This document shows positions 1 through 10,594 of a stretch of DNA of 32,574 nt, one piece after another. Source of the DNA: Campylobacterota bacterium (GTDB lineage: Bacteria > Campylobacterota > Campylobacteria > Campylobacterales > Sulfurovaceae); contig JAYEOM010000111.1 of assembly GCA_034722955.1 (NCBI GenBank), positions 1 through 32,574 on the forward strand, read 5' to 3'. The translations under genes were made by a program, and so were the position numbers. The stretch's first letter is position 1, and each line of letters begins with the position of its first letter. The notes under the pieces were generated by a model, which ran no database searches, was not told the DNA's origin, and worked only from the letters and a program-made list of their open reading frames with translations.

Positions 1-76
1 TGGTGGCGCCAGACGGAATCGAACCGCCGACACAAGGATTTTCAATCCTTTGCTCTACCAACTGAGCTATGGAGCC
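1..76 (-). tRNA. tRNA-Phe (GAA)
   Basis: The reverse complement reads GGCTCCATAGCTCAGTTGGTAGAGCAAAGGATTGAAAATCCTTGTGTCGGCGGTTCGATTCCGTCTGGCGCCACCA. It has a D-arm, anticodon stem AAGGA/TCCTT with GAA, a TTCGA T-loop and an encoded CCA end. Confidence 0.98.
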
Positions 77-110
77 ACAATAATTGAGATGCAATTATAG
101 CGGATTAGTA

Positions 111-1361
111 TTAATCCTTTCTTAAATCAAGAACAAATTGCATAAAAAGTCTGCCTCTCTCTTTGTAAGATCTGAATTGATCAAAGCTAGCTGCGGCAGG
201 GGATAGTAGTCCTACTTCTCCTGTTTGGAGATTTTGATCTATCTGTTTGACGGCTTGATCGAGGGTTTTACAGTCGATAGCTTGGATATCGTACTCTTTG
301 GCTAGTGCCAGCTGTCTCACACTGTTGGCACCTATAGTGTAGAGCGTGAGATCAAACTGCTGCATCGCCTCAAAAAATGGTGATAGATCGACACCTTTGT
401 CATCACCTCCTGCGATGAGGTGTATATGATGCTCTTGGTATGCTTTTAGTGCTTGGATGGCGGCATCTACATTGGTAGCTTTGGTGTCATTGACCCAGAG
501 GCGACCCTCTTTGTCATAGAACTCCTCTTGGCGATTGGCATCCAGTGTGAAGCTGTTGATGAGATCATAATCTACCTCATCGAAGAGAACTCTAGTGATC
601 GCTAGTGCCAGCATCGCATCTTCTAGGAATGCTGCTTTAAATTTGATCTGCCTGGGATCTATATCAAAGTAGTCTGCGATAAAATCTATACTATCATACT
701 CTACTACAAAAGCATCTGTTTTTGGTAGATTCAAACCTATGGGCAGAAGTGCCAACTCCCCCTCTCTCATAGTCAACAGTGGACGAAGCTTGTCTCTCTC
801 ATAGGAGTGGGCATCTCCATGCCAATCAAGATGGTCTGGCGTGATAGGCAAAAGCAGATAGATATCCGGTGAGGCTCTATCTGTGTAGTGTAGAGCATAA
901 GAGCTGGATTCGAGTACCCAGATCGGTGCTTTGGGATCGAGGGCTGCTAGCGGTGTACCTATATTTCCACCGCTGAGAGCTCCTCGTTTTTCCAATAGAT
1001 GAGTCAACATTTGCGTTGTAGTAGTCTTGCCGTTGGTTCCGCTGATCCAGATGGTGAAGGGGTCGGCACTCTCTAGCGGTGAGTATTTGGATGCCAAGAT
1101 ATAGTCATATTCGCTGAGCAGGTTTTTGGCACTTCTGATGAGGGGATGGTCTGGTTTTAGACTTGGGGTAGTGACCTCTAGTTGGCTAGATTCTGGGTCA
1201 AACAGATGAGATGGAAGGATATGGTTATCCTCCTCGTCAAAGTATGGTGCCTCCGCCTTGTCATCAAAAAAAGTACACCCTCCGCCTAGTGTATGGGCGA
1301 TAGCTTTTGTCGTAATACCATAACCAAAAAGTGTAGGTTTGATCAAATCTCTCTTTATCAT
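111..1361 (-). CDS. murD: UDP-N-acetylmuramoyl-L-alanine--D-glutamate ligase
   Basis: Motifs GTNGKTTT (P-loop), GGNIG, LESSS, NDTKATN, GGDDKG and LLSPAAASFDQF; adjacent to mraY. Start moved to the ATG at 1361, which follows an AGGAG RBS. Confidence 0.96.
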   Translation of the reverse strand: MIKRDLIKPTLFGYGITTKAIAHTLGGGCTFFDDKAEAPYFDEEDNHILPSHLFDPESSQLEVTTPSLKPDHPLIRSAKNLLSEYDYILASKYSPLESADPFTIWISGTNGKTTTTQMLTHLLEKRGALSGGNIGTPLAALDPKAPIWVLESSSYALHYTDRASPDIYLLLPITPDHLDWHGDAHSYERDKLRPLLTMREGELALLPIGLNLPKTDAFVVEYDSIDFIADYFDIDPRQIKFKAAFLEDAMLALAITRVLFDEVDYDLINSFTLDANRQEEFYDKEGRLWVNDTKATNVDAAIQALKAYQEHHIHLIAGGDDKGVDLSPFFEAMQQFDLTLYTIGANSVRQLALAKEYDIQAIDCKTLDQAVKQIDQNLQTGEVGLLSPAAASFDQFRSYKERGRLFMQFVLDLRKD

Positions 1362-1377
1362 AGAGTCTCCTAGCCAA

Positions 1378-2436
1378 CTATCTAAACTTGAATGAGACAA
1401 GTGCTATGACATTGGATATAAGTGCTATCATCCAGAAGCGAACTATGATCTTGTTCTCTGCCCACTTTTTGAGTTCAAAATGGTGGTGGATAGGTGCCAT
1501 GAGAAAGATCCGTTTGCCACGCATTTTGAAACTGACTACCTGCAGTATAACAGATACAGTTTCGATGACAAAGATAAACCCTATCAGTAGAAGCAGCACT
1601 TCGCTCTTGCCTAGTATCGCTAGATAAGCAAGCAACCCTCCGATAGCAAGACTGCCCGTATCACCCATAAATATCTCAGCAGGGTGGCAGTTGTACCATA
1701 AAAAGCCCAGTAGACCGCCGGCAAAACTAGCTGCTAAGATGGTCACCTCTCCGACTCCCTTGATGTTGGCTATGAGTAGATAGTCGCTCAAGATAGCATG
1801 CCCTGTAACATAAGTGATCAACCCTAGAGATCCCAGTGCTATGACAGATGGGACTGTCGCCAATCCATCTAGACCATCTGTGAGGTTGACTGCATTGCTA
1901 GTAGCTAGGAAGAGCAGTAGCCAAAACGGGATAGCGAAATAGCCCATATCAAAGATAGGAGTTTTCAAAAAAGGCAGATAAAATGTCGTCGGGAATCCAA
2001 CAAAAAAGAGTATCCCTACAACAATCATCCCGATCACTAGCTGAAGCATCAGTTTGCCTTTTGGGGTCAACCCCTCCAGATTGTTACCGGAGAGAACCTT
2101 GCCTAGATCATCTCTAAATCCTATCCAGCCGTACCCTATGATCACTATAAGACCAGTGATGATATATGGATTTGTCAAATCTGTTGTGATTAATATAGCT
2201 ATCACTATAGCTAGCAGAAAGATCGCTCCACCCATGGTAGGAGTGTGTCGTTTGTTGTCATGGGCAGGTACATATTTGCTGATTGGCTGGTTGGCATTTT
2301 TGGCAATAGCCCAAGCGATATAGTATGGATAGAGAGCGAGAGTGAGACCAAAAGAGATGATAAAGCCTATACCGGCTCGCACAGTAATATAAGAAAAGAG
2401 ATTGATATCAAAAAGCTGATATAATGCATACAACAT
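1378..2436 (-). CDS. mraY: Phospho-N-acetylmuramoyl-pentapeptide transferase
   Basis: Motifs [27 protein letters not shown] and MAPIHHHFE; polytopic membrane protein. Confidence 0.98.
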   Translation of the reverse strand: MLYALYQLFDINLFSYITVRAGIGFIISFGLTLALYPYYIAWAIAKNANQPISKYVPAHDNKRHTPTMGGAIFLLAIVIAILITTDLTNPYIITGLIVIIGYGWIGFRDDLGKVLSGNNLEGLTPKGKLMLQLVIGMIVVGILFFVGFPTTFYLPFLKTPIFDMGYFAIPFWLLLFLATSNAVNLTDGLDGLATVPSVIALGSLGLITYVTGHAILSDYLLIANIKGVGEVTILAASFAGGLLGFLWYNCHPAEIFMGDTGSLAIGGLLAYLAILGKSEVLLLLIGFIFVIETVSVILQVVSFKMRGKRIFLMAPIHHHFELKKWAENKIIVRFWMIALISNVIALVSFKFR

Positions 2437-2509
2437 AGTAAGACTACTTTCAATAAATGAGTTTTAAAGTGGTATTCTACAATGATTTCAATTAAGGATT
2501 GTAAAAGAG

Positions 2510-3991
2510 ATGGCGATACAAAAAACACTTTTGATTATTACTGATGGTATTGGATGCAAACCAGATAGTGTCTGCAATGCATTTAAAGATGCAGATAAAC
2601 CTACTTATGATATGTTACTTGAGGAGGCACCCAAAGCACTGATCGCTACTTCAGGCTTGCGTGTTGGACTGCCTGAGGGTCAGATGGGGAACTCTGAAGT
2701 GGGACATATGACGATAGGAAGCGGCAGAGTACTGCATCAGGATCTAGTCAAAATCACTATGGCATTGGAGGAGGGCACCATAGAGGACAATGAAGCACTC
2801 AATCAAACCATAACCAAAAGTCAACGAGTTCATATAGTAGGCCTACTCAGTGATGGCGGTGTGCATTCGCATATCGATCACATCACAGAGTTGGCAAAGT
2901 TGGCAAAGAGAAGAGGCAAAAAGGTCTTTTTGCATATGATCACAGATGGTAGGGATGTCAGTCCCACTTCGAGCAGGGCTTATCTCAAGCAGGTAGAGGA
3001 GATTTGTGACGAGGATATCGTGATAGCTACGGTAGGCGGACGATTTTATACTATGGATAGAGACAATCGCTGGGATAGAGTGGAGTTGGGATATCGTGCT
3101 ATTGCTCACGCCCAGCCAAAGACGGCACTGACTCCTGATGCTTATGTTGGTGAGAGTTACGCCAACGAAGAGACAGATGAGTTTATCCGACCAATTGCAT
3201 TTGCCCAGTATGACGGGTTGCAAGAGGATGATGTCGTGATCATGGCAAACTTCAGAAGTGATAGAGTGAGACAGATCACAACAGCACTAGGAGAGTCATC
3301 GTTTAGTAAATTTGAGAGGGAGTTCATCCCATTAAATATCGCGACGATGACGCAGTATGATGCAAGCTTTCCTCACCCTGTACTCTTCTTGAAAGAGGCA
3401 CCCAAAAATACCTTGGCAGAGGTGATCAGCAGAGCGGGACTTTCACAGCTGCATACAGCAGAGACTGAGAAGTATGCTCATGTAACTTTCTTTCTCAATG
3501 GAGGCATAGAGGCACCGCTAGAGGGTGAGAGTAGAGTGTTGATCCCTAGTCCTGATGTCAAAACTTATGATTTGAAACCAGAGATGAGTGCTCCTGAAGT
3601 AGGAGAGGCGGTACGCAAAGCTATGGATGAAGCGTATGATTTTATCATTGTCAACTTTGCCAATGGTGACATGGTTGGGCATACCGGCAATTTTGAGGCA
3701 GCAAAAAAAGCAGTACACGCAGTAGATAGCCAATTGGGCAAGATCATCAGCAGAGCCAAAGAGGATGATTACGCAATCATATTGACCTCTGATCATGGGA
3801 ATTGTGAAGAGATGAAAGATGCCCAAGGAAATATCCTGACCAACCATACAGTGGGAGATGTCTGGTGTTATATTCTAGCAGACGGGGTTGACAGAGTTGC
3901 CGAGGGCAAAGCGTTAAACAATGTCGCACCAACTGTACTGAAGATAATGGGACTTGAGATTCCCGAAGAGATGGATGAGCCTTTGGTCTAA
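2510..3991 (+). CDS. gpmI: 2,3-bisphosphoglycerate-independent phosphoglycerate mutase
   Basis: Motifs [43 protein letters not shown] and DHGN. Confidence 0.98.
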   Translation: MAIQKTLLIITDGIGCKPDSVCNAFKDADKPTYDMLLEEAPKALIATSGLRVGLPEGQMGNSEVGHMTIGSGRVLHQDLVKITMALEEGTIEDNEALNQTITKSQRVHIVGLLSDGGVHSHIDHITELAKLAKRRGKKVFLHMITDGRDVSPTSSRAYLKQVEEICDEDIVIATVGGRFYTMDRDNRWDRVELGYRAIAHAQPKTALTPDAYVGESYANEETDEFIRPIAFAQYDGLQEDDVVIMANFRSDRVRQITTALGESSFSKFEREFIPLNIATMTQYDASFPHPVLFLKEAPKNTLAEVISRAGLSQLHTAETEKYAHVTFFLNGGIEAPLEGESRVLIPSPDVKTYDLKPEMSAPEVGEAVRKAMDEAYDFIIVNFANGDMVGHTGNFEAAKKAVHAVDSQLGKIISRAKEDDYAIILTSDHGNCEEMKDAQGNILTNHTVGDVWCYILADGVDRVAEGKALNNVAPTVLKIMGLEIPEEMDEPLV

Positions 3992-4066
3992 AAGAGTCTG
4001 AAACTTTTTTGGTTTTCCCGATTGTTTTGGTACAATATAAAATCTATAACATAAAGGTCAAGAGGT

Positions 4067-4414
4067 ATGGAGAAGAAGATTAAAAAATCTGTTGCAACCC
4101 TGCTGGCTCATATAGTCAAAATGGACAATCGTGATGTAGAGAGAGAGGCACCGCTTTTTTGTCGCATCATGCGAAAAAATTTTGAGTGTGATCCCAAGGA
4201 AGCATACACATTTTTGACGCAGGTTATGCAGGAAGATTATGATTTGGATGAGCATTTAGGAGTGATCAATGATGCTCTATGCGGTGACGAACTCAGCAAG
4301 ATGCATCTGATGGAAGAGCTCAATCATATCATCTACTCCGGTACGATCACAGATGAGGACTACAAAGAGTTCGAGAGGATAAAAGATAAACTTTTTGTTT
4401 GTGAAGAAGAGTAG
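4067..4414 (+). CDS. Hypothetical protein, possibly TerB-like fold
   Basis: 115-aa ORF with a GAGG RBS and an upstream TGnTACAAT -10. The helical pattern LLAHIVKMD...IIYSG.I...D...F loosely resembles TerB-like proteins. Confidence 0.6.
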   Translation: MEKKIKKSVATLLAHIVKMDNRDVEREAPLFCRIMRKNFECDPKEAYTFLTQVMQEDYDLDEHLGVINDALCGDELSKMHLMEELNHIIYSGTITDEDYKEFERIKDKLFVCEEE

Positions 4415-4443
4415 AGATACAATTTTAGATATTAGGGAGTAGT

Positions 4444-5187
4444 ATGAAATTTACAGGGAAAAATGTATTGGTCACGGGTGCCAGTCGAGGGATTGGTGCT
4501 CAAATCGCCAAAAGTTTGTCTCAGATGGGACTCAAAGTGTGGATAAATTATCGCAGTGGTGAAGCTGAAGCTATCGGGGTCAAAGAGGTGATAGAGTCTG
4601 AAGGCGGTAGTGCTGAGATCATCGGTTTTGATGTCAGCAGTGAAGCAGAGTTTATCTCTGCCATCAAACAGATCATTGATGCAGATGGTGAGCTGAGTTA
4701 CCTTGTCAACAATGCAGGTATCACTAATGATAAGCTAGCTATTCGGATGAAAGAGGGTGACTTCATGTCTGTGATAGAAGCCAATCTCAAATCCACCTTT
4801 ATAGGGTGCAGAGAGGCACTAAAAGTTATGAGCAAAAAGCGTTTTGGCTCTGTTGTAAATATAGCCTCTATTGTCGGAGAGACAGGCAATGCTGGGCAGA
4901 CCAACTATGCAGCGAGCAAAGGCGGTACCATAGCTATGACAAAATCTTTTGCGATTGAGTCTGCTCCGAGAGGTATACGGTTCAATACCATTACTCCCGG
5001 ATTTATCGCTACAGAGATGACAGAGGTACTCAAAGATGAGGTCAAAGAGGCTTTTATCTCCAAGATACCTATGAGACGATTTGGTGAACCAAAAGAGGTG
5101 GCAGAAGCGGTGGCATTTTTACTTTCAGATCACTCCTCTTATATCACTGGTGAAACACTGAGGGTCAATGGCGGAATGTATATGTAA
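4444..5187 (+). CDS. fabG: 3-oxoacyl-ACP reductase
   Basis: SDR motifs TGASRGIG, NNAGIT, NYAASK, PGFI and VNGGMYM. Confidence 0.97.
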   Translation: MKFTGKNVLVTGASRGIGAQIAKSLSQMGLKVWINYRSGEAEAIGVKEVIESEGGSAEIIGFDVSSEAEFISAIKQIIDADGELSYLVNNAGITNDKLAIRMKEGDFMSVIEANLKSTFIGCREALKVMSKKRFGSVVNIASIVGETGNAGQTNYAASKGGTIAMTKSFAIESAPRGIRFNTITPGFIATEMTEVLKDEVKEAFISKIPMRRFGEPKEVAEAVAFLLSDHSSYITGETLRVNGGMYM

Positions 5188-5188
5188 T

Positions 5189-5857
5189 ATGGCTACAAAA
5201 ATTTTAGTTTTAGAGGATGATAAGCTCTTCAATGAGACTCTACAAGACTTTTTGGATGAAGAGGGGTATCAAGTCTCTTATGCACTTGACCCTTATAGTG
5301 CACTCGATTTGGCTTATGAGCAAAATTTTGATCTATACCTATTTGATGTCAATCTTCCTTATGAGAGTGGCTTTGATCTCTTGAGAAAACTGAGAGATAG
5401 TGGAGATAGTACACCCACTATCTTTATCACTTCGCGTGAGGACAAAGTATCTCTGAGAGAAGGTTTTATGAGTGGTGCCGATGACTATTTGAAGAAACCG
5501 GTTGACCTCGATGAGCTGCTGTTGCGGATAGAGGCACTGCTCAGACGATTGGTGCGGAGCGAACTGTTGGAGGTCGGAGGTTATCTGCTAGATACCAAGA
5601 GAGGCAGACTCTACTTGGAGGATAAGCAGATTGATCTACCCCAAAAGGTGATATCTCTGTTGATTCTATTTGTCTCTTTTCGTGGAGAGACTGTCTCATC
5701 CCAAGAGATCAAAAACAGACTTTGGGCAGCAAGCGAAGAGGCTAGCGATGGATCAATCCGTGTCTATATAGCCCAACTCAAAAAACTCTTCCCTGATGCT
5801 ATCGAAAACATCCGTGGAGTGGGATATCGCTTTGCTTTAGATAGCAGAGAGGCGTAG
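5189..5857 (+). CDS. OmpR/PhoB-family response regulator
   Basis: Receiver domain (LEDD, FDVNLP, GADDYLKKP) plus winged helix (IENIRGVGYRF). Likely start is the ATG at 5189, just after the fabG stop. Confidence 0.95.
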   Translation: MATKILVLEDDKLFNETLQDFLDEEGYQVSYALDPYSALDLAYEQNFDLYLFDVNLPYESGFDLLRKLRDSGDSTPTIFITSREDKVSLREGFMSGADDYLKKPVDLDELLLRIEALLRRLVRSELLEVGGYLLDTKRGRLYLEDKQIDLPQKVISLLILFVSFRGETVSSQEIKNRLWAASEEASDGSIRVYIAQLKKLFPDAIENIRGVGYRFALDSREA

Positions 5858-6715
5858 ATGTTTTCTGAGTGGATAAGACGAAAAAGCAGTATTCTCTATG
5901 CTACTATTATCTATCTCTTTAGTATACTTCTCCTGCTCAGTGCACTCTACTGGTTTCTTTTCAGCAATGGATTTAATGAAAAAAACTTTTTGATTGGTTC
6001 TGGTGCTATTCTGCTGATCGCTTTTGGGTGGGGATATATCATCTCTAGTGATCTGCTTGCACCCAAGAGAGAGATGGATGCAAAGTTTATACATTTGAGC
6101 AGAGAGATACTGCATGAACTGAACATCCCCCTCTCCACTATCAATGCCAATGCTAAAATGTTGAAAAAAACACACCAAGACTTAAAATCACAAAGACGAA
6201 TTGATCGTATAGAGGCATCATCCGTGCGGTTAAAACGGCTCTATGATGAGTTGGTTTATACTATCAATAAAGAGATCCATATAGTTGATAAAGAGTATTT
6301 TTCTCTGGATCGTCTACTCGAAGAGCGTGTAGATATACTCAGAGGGTTTGGTCGAAATCCATTTGAATTTTTAGCATCAGACCTCTCTATATTTACTGAC
6401 AAGATAGGGTTTGAACAGATGATCGACAATCTACTCAACAATGCGATGAAGTATAGTGACAGGAGTTCACCCATTAGGATCTCTACGGAGGGCACAGTAG
6501 TACTGATAGAGGATCAAGGTATCGGGATGGACGAGGATCAGCTTGTACGAATTTTTGAACGATACTATCAGGCTGACGAGTGTCAAAATGGAGATGGTAT
6601 AGGATTGGCACTGGTCAAAGCCTATTGTGATGAAAACAGGATATCCATCGTGATTTTATCAGAGCCAGACAGAGGAACCACCGTAAAGTTGGACTTGAAG
6701 CAGGTTATAGAGTAA
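5858..6715 (+). CDS. Sensor histidine kinase with 2 TM helices and a very short external loop
   Basis: H-box HELNIPLS, N-box NLLNNAMKYS, and G-boxes DQGIGM and GIGLALVK. Confidence 0.95.
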   Translation: MFSEWIRRKSSILYATIIYLFSILLLLSALYWFLFSNGFNEKNFLIGSGAILLIAFGWGYIISSDLLAPKREMDAKFIHLSREILHELNIPLSTINANAKMLKKTHQDLKSQRRIDRIEASSVRLKRLYDELVYTINKEIHIVDKEYFSLDRLLEERVDILRGFGRNPFEFLASDLSIFTDKIGFEQMIDNLLNNAMKYSDRSSPIRISTEGTVVLIEDQGIGMDEDQLVRIFERYYQADECQNGDGIGLALVKAYCDENRISIVILSEPDRGTTVKLDLKQVIE

Positions 6716-6760
6716 CCACTCTCCACACCATCACTACCTAAAAAAACAGATAGTCTATAG

Positions 6761-6777
6761 TTAACACAAAATTAACA
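6761..6777 (+). promoter_or_regulatory. Candidate OmpR-family binding site (TTAACA-N5-TTAACA)
   Basis: Direct repeat with 11-bp period ~50 bp upstream of the TonB receptor, next to an OmpR-type regulator gene. Confidence 0.45.
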
Positions 6778-6827
6778 AATATTTATCATCATTATCTATT
6801 AAACAATCAAGGATAAGGAAGTAAACC

Positions 6828-8876
6828 ATGAAAAAAACACTCTATTTCTCTATAGTTTGTGCTACTGCTCTCTTTGCAGTAGAGGCAGATTTGGGTACGA
6901 TCGAAGTGGAAGGTCAGATGGAGACCGAAGTGATCAAAGATGTCCATGGGGAGGATCTGCAGTCAGCTGATGTGGCGGATGCACTCTACAAGGAGTCACC
7001 AAGTGTATCTCTCATACGCCGAAGTGGGATTTCGAATGATATTATCGTGAGGGGACAGGTGAAGGATAATATCAATGTCACAATTGATGGTGCAAAAGTA
7101 TGTGGAGCATGTCCTAACAGGATGGATCCTCCTGTCTCACATGTACTCTCCAACAATATAGACTATATTGAGATCAATGAGGGTCCATTTAATGTAGAGG
7201 ATTTTGGTGTATTGAGTGCAGATGTCCGTATCCATACTATCAAACCGGAAAAGGAGGTGCATGGGGATTTAAATCTCAACTTTGGAAGCTGGGGATACCA
7301 AAAGGGCTCCTTCTCTGTTAGTGGCGGTATAGGAAAAGTGAGACTACTGTTGAGCGGCTCAGCTGAAAAAGGCGGACAGTATAAAGATGGTGACGGCAAT
7401 GATTTTGTCGGTCAGATAGATAGAGAGATAGCCACAGGAAAGGTTCCCGCCTCTGCACAATATCAGCCACAATATCAAGATATGGATGCCTTTGACAAAA
7501 AGACCGTAATGGGAAAACTATTTTGGGAGATTGCGGACAATCAAGAGTTGAAACTTAGCTATACAGGAAACAGAAGTGATGATGTCCTCTATCCCTCCTC
7601 AAAGATGGATGCGATCTATGATGACTCAGATATCTTCAATGCAGAGTATACTGCTAAAGATTTAGGCAAGTACTCCAAACTGCTAGAGGTGCAGGCATAC
7701 CAGTCAACAGTAGATCACCCTATGTCTACCAAGTATCGAAAAGCCTCTGCCATTTTGGGCTTTGAGATGACACACTCTCTAGATACCAAAATGCAGGGTG
7801 CCAAGATAAAAAATAGTTTTGATATCAACAATCACACTATTACGGGAGGTCTTGACTATAGCTTGAGAAATTGGGATGGAGGGTATTATAAAAACGGAAA
7901 TCCGCTTCCTGAAGCAAAATTTCATAGTATATATGATGTTGACACAAAAAATATGGCACTCTTCCTAGAAGATAAGATCAACCTCGATAAGTTGATTGTT
8001 GATCTTGGGTTGAGGTATGATGATACGACAGTTACTTCTCAAAATATCAAACAACAAGAGAATGACTATAGTGAACTCAATGGTTACATCAAGGGGACTT
8101 ATACGGCAAGTGAAAGCATACAGTACTTTGTAGGGGCGGGCAAATCCTCAAGAGTACCAGATGCAAAAGAGCTATACTGGATAGGCAGTATGGGCAATCC
8201 CATAGGAACACCGGATCTGGAGAATACAGTCAATTATGAGATAGATATAGGTACAAAAGTAAGCTATAAGAGTGGCACTCTGAAAGCTAGAGCATTCTAT
8301 AGTATGCTTAATGACTATATCGCTTATAACGCTAGCAGCGTGAAGAAGATGACGGTTAAAGGCAAAGAGACCCCTGTAACTTGGAATGCTTATGAGAATG
8401 TCGATGCAACACTATATGGGATAGAGATAAGCGGTAGCTACAGTATGAGCGAATCTATCTATTTTGATTATGGTTTGGCATACCAAAGAGGAGAGAAAGA
8501 TCAGCCTCTCACAGGACAGGTAGGGACAAATATGGCTGATATACCGCCATTGAAGTTTAATGCAGCTGTTAACTATGATTATGATGATACACTCAACATG
8601 AGAGCAGAGGTGATCGCTGCTAGCAGTTGGAGTGACTTTGATTGGGAAAATGGCGAGCAGGAGTTAGATGCTTACGCTATACTAAATCTAAAAGTTACAA
8701 AAACTATAGCAGATAGCTTTGATATTACAGTAGGAGTAGATAATCTGTTTGATGATACCTATGCAGTATCAAATACCTATAAAGATTTGGTACTGTTGGC
8801 AACACCCGGTAATGAAGTGATGCTACTTAACGAACCAGGTCGTTACTTTTATACCAATTTACGCTATAAGTTTTAG
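6828..8876 (+). CDS. TonB-dependent receptor, OprC/NosA-like copper receptor
   Basis: Signal peptide; plug motif GACPNRMDPP (CxxxM) and barrel DHPM (HxM), as in OprC; NLFD..Y and a C-terminal Phe. Confidence 0.88.
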   Translation: MKKTLYFSIVCATALFAVEADLGTIEVEGQMETEVIKDVHGEDLQSADVADALYKESPSVSLIRRSGISNDIIVRGQVKDNINVTIDGAKVCGACPNRMDPPVSHVLSNNIDYIEINEGPFNVEDFGVLSADVRIHTIKPEKEVHGDLNLNFGSWGYQKGSFSVSGGIGKVRLLLSGSAEKGGQYKDGDGNDFVGQIDREIATGKVPASAQYQPQYQDMDAFDKKTVMGKLFWEIADNQELKLSYTGNRSDDVLYPSSKMDAIYDDSDIFNAEYTAKDLGKYSKLLEVQAYQSTVDHPMSTKYRKASAILGFEMTHSLDTKMQGAKIKNSFDINNHTITGGLDYSLRNWDGGYYKNGNPLPEAKFHSIYDVDTKNMALFLEDKINLDKLIVDLGLRYDDTTVTSQNIKQQENDYSELNGYIKGTYTASESIQYFVGAGKSSRVPDAKELYWIGSMGNPIGTPDLENTVNYEIDIGTKVSYKSGTLKARAFYSMLNDYIAYNASSVKKMTVKGKETPVTWNAYENVDATLYGIEISGSYSMSESIYFDYGLAYQRGEKDQPLTGQVGTNMADIPPLKFNAAVNYDYDDTLNMRAEVIAASSWSDFDWENGEQELDAYAILNLKVTKTIADSFDITVGVDNLFDDTYAVSNTYKDLVLLATPGNEVMLLNEPGRYFYTNLRYKF

Positions 8877-8879
8877 GTT

Positions 8880-8895
8880 TTAGGGGTAGCCCTAA
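8880..8895 (+). terminator. Short hairpin after the receptor gene (terminator or mRNA stabiliser)
   Basis: TTAGGG-GTAG-CCCTAA immediately after the stop codon; no clear U-tract. Confidence 0.4.
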
Positions 8896-8944
8896 TAGTA
8901 TTGGATTATAATTATAATTCAATTTGATTATATAAGGAAAAAAT

Positions 8945-9649
8945 ATGAAAAAAGTTCTACTTACACTGCTAGCTATAGGAGCTATGATCAGTTATGCAAA
9001 TGCAGAGGTTGCCGAGACTCAAAAACCAAAAAAGATGATGAAGATGTTCCAGATGGTGCCAGCAGATAAAGCTACTATCCTCCAAGAGGGGAAAGCAAAA
9101 ATGTTCTGTCCTGAGTGTGGTATGACACTCCCTATGTTTTACAAAACCAATCATGCAGCAACAGTTGATGGAAAAGTAAAGCAGTACTGCTCTATTCACT
9201 GTATTGTAGAGGATACAAAAAAGGGCTCAAAGCTCTCCAACATCAAAGTAGTTGATGTGAAGAGTCTCAAATTTATCGATGCCAACAAAGCATTTTATGT
9301 TGTTGGCAGTGACAAAAAAGGTACTATGACAATGGTAAGCAAGTATGCTTTTGCCTCAAAAGTCAATGCTGATGCTTTTGCCAAAGAGAATGGTGGCAAA
9401 GTGGTAGATTACCAAGGAGCCTATAAGGCAGCAGAGGGTGATTTTGATAAAGACTCTGCAATGGTTGCTAAAAAACAGGGTATGATGACTAAAAAAGGTG
9501 AAATGATATATGGAAAAATGTGTCAAAAGACAGATAAGAAGTTTGCTACCACAGCTGAAGCTAAAGCATTTATGGCAGAGAGCAAACTCTGTAAAGAGTT
9601 AAATCCAAAGCAGCAGCAGGCCGTAGGTCTCTACCTCAAAAATAGATGA
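8945..9649 (+). CDS. NosL-family copper chaperone with an extra C-terminal two-Cys domain
   Basis: Signal peptide, CPECGM, YCSIHC, and FYVVGSD..GTM...YAF...A..F..ENGG NosL pattern. Confidence 0.85.
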   Translation: MKKVLLTLLAIGAMISYANAEVAETQKPKKMMKMFQMVPADKATILQEGKAKMFCPECGMTLPMFYKTNHAATVDGKVKQYCSIHCIVEDTKKGSKLSNIKVVDVKSLKFIDANKAFYVVGSDKKGTMTMVSKYAFASKVNADAFAKENGGKVVDYQGAYKAAEGDFDKDSAMVAKKQGMMTKKGEMIYGKMCQKTDKKFATTAEAKAFMAESKLCKELNPKQQQAVGLYLKNR

Positions 9650-10323
9650 AAAAAGTACTCATTGGCTTATCTATACTATGTGGGGTACTCTTCGCTAGTG
9701 AGGTGAGCAGATCAAAGATCATCAAGCTTTCTCAGAAAGGTGAAAAGATCACTAAAACACTCTGCACAGAGGAGAAGCTGCCCTCTCCGGTAGGAACGAT
9801 AGAGCAAGTTATGGAGAGTATCAAAAAGTCCAAAGCTTGCCCTTCTCTCTCCAAAACAAAGCTAGAGGCAGTCGCCTACTATCTCAGTAATGGCAGTATG
9901 AAACATCAGAGCAACCAAATGGTTGTACCAACAGATGCAAAATGTCCTGTATGCGGTATGTTTGTCTTCAAATATCCCAAATGGGCAGCGAGCATCACTA
10001 TCGATGGCAAGAAGTACTACTTTGATGGTGTCAAAGATATGATGAAATATTATATTTTTGATGGAGATTTCCCATATGATCGCCAAAGCATTAGTGAGAT
10101 CATGGTGAGTGACTACTATACCCTTGAGGAGATACCTGCGAAAGAGGCTTATTATGTGAACGACTCCGATGTATTTGGTCCTATGGGGAGAGAGCTGATC
10201 CCATTCAAGAGTGAAAAATCTGCAAAATCTTTTGTAGAAGATCACAATGGCAAGGGTATTGTGAAGTTTGATGATATCACTGATGCTATGGTGATGGCTC
10301 TAGATGGCTTGGGAGTTGAGTAG
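9646..10323 (+). CDS. NosL-family copper chaperone with an extra N-terminal two-Cys domain
   Basis: CPVCGM, YYFDGVKDM, GPMGRELIPF and F..DHNGK NosL motifs; ATGA overlap with the previous gene. Confidence 0.87.
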   Translation: MKKVLIGLSILCGVLFASEVSRSKIIKLSQKGEKITKTLCTEEKLPSPVGTIEQVMESIKKSKACPSLSKTKLEAVAYYLSNGSMKHQSNQMVVPTDAKCPVCGMFVFKYPKWAASITIDGKKYYFDGVKDMMKYYIFDGDFPYDRQSISEIMVSDYYTLEEIPAKEAYYVNDSDVFGPMGRELIPFKSEKSAKSFVEDHNGKGIVKFDDITDAMVMALDGLGVE

Positions 10324-10336
10324 GTGATGGCTTCCT

Positions 10337-10594
10337 TTGGTTAAACAATTTTCTCTCTTGATACTCTTTTTGTTACTTATGGTCGGGGTGGTATCGGGTC
10401 ACTATCTCAGCTATGATAGAGCAAAATCCAAAGAGATGCTACTAGCAGTCTCTGCCTTGAGCCGGATCAGCTCTCCCTCATTGAGTGTTGCCTATTATGA
10501 ACCTAGACTTTTGATCTTTGATAGAGTGGTCAACCCCTCTTATCCAGAGATGACTCCTATCGATCGTATGGACTTTATCTATGAAAAACAGTAA
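10337..10594 (+). CDS. Small membrane-anchored hypothetical protein
   Basis: 85 aa with an N-terminal TM segment. It fills the gap in the operon and overlaps the permease start. Confidence 0.6.
   Translation: MVKQFSLLILFLLLMVGVVSGHYLSYDRAKSKEMLLAVSALSRISSPSLSVAYYEPRLLIFDRVVNPSYPEMTPIDRMDFIYEKQ

Noticed and set aside
8884..8898. Similarity of GTAGCCCTAATAG to the MITE right end
   Set aside because: Short and imperfect, with no partner end; explained by the local hairpin.
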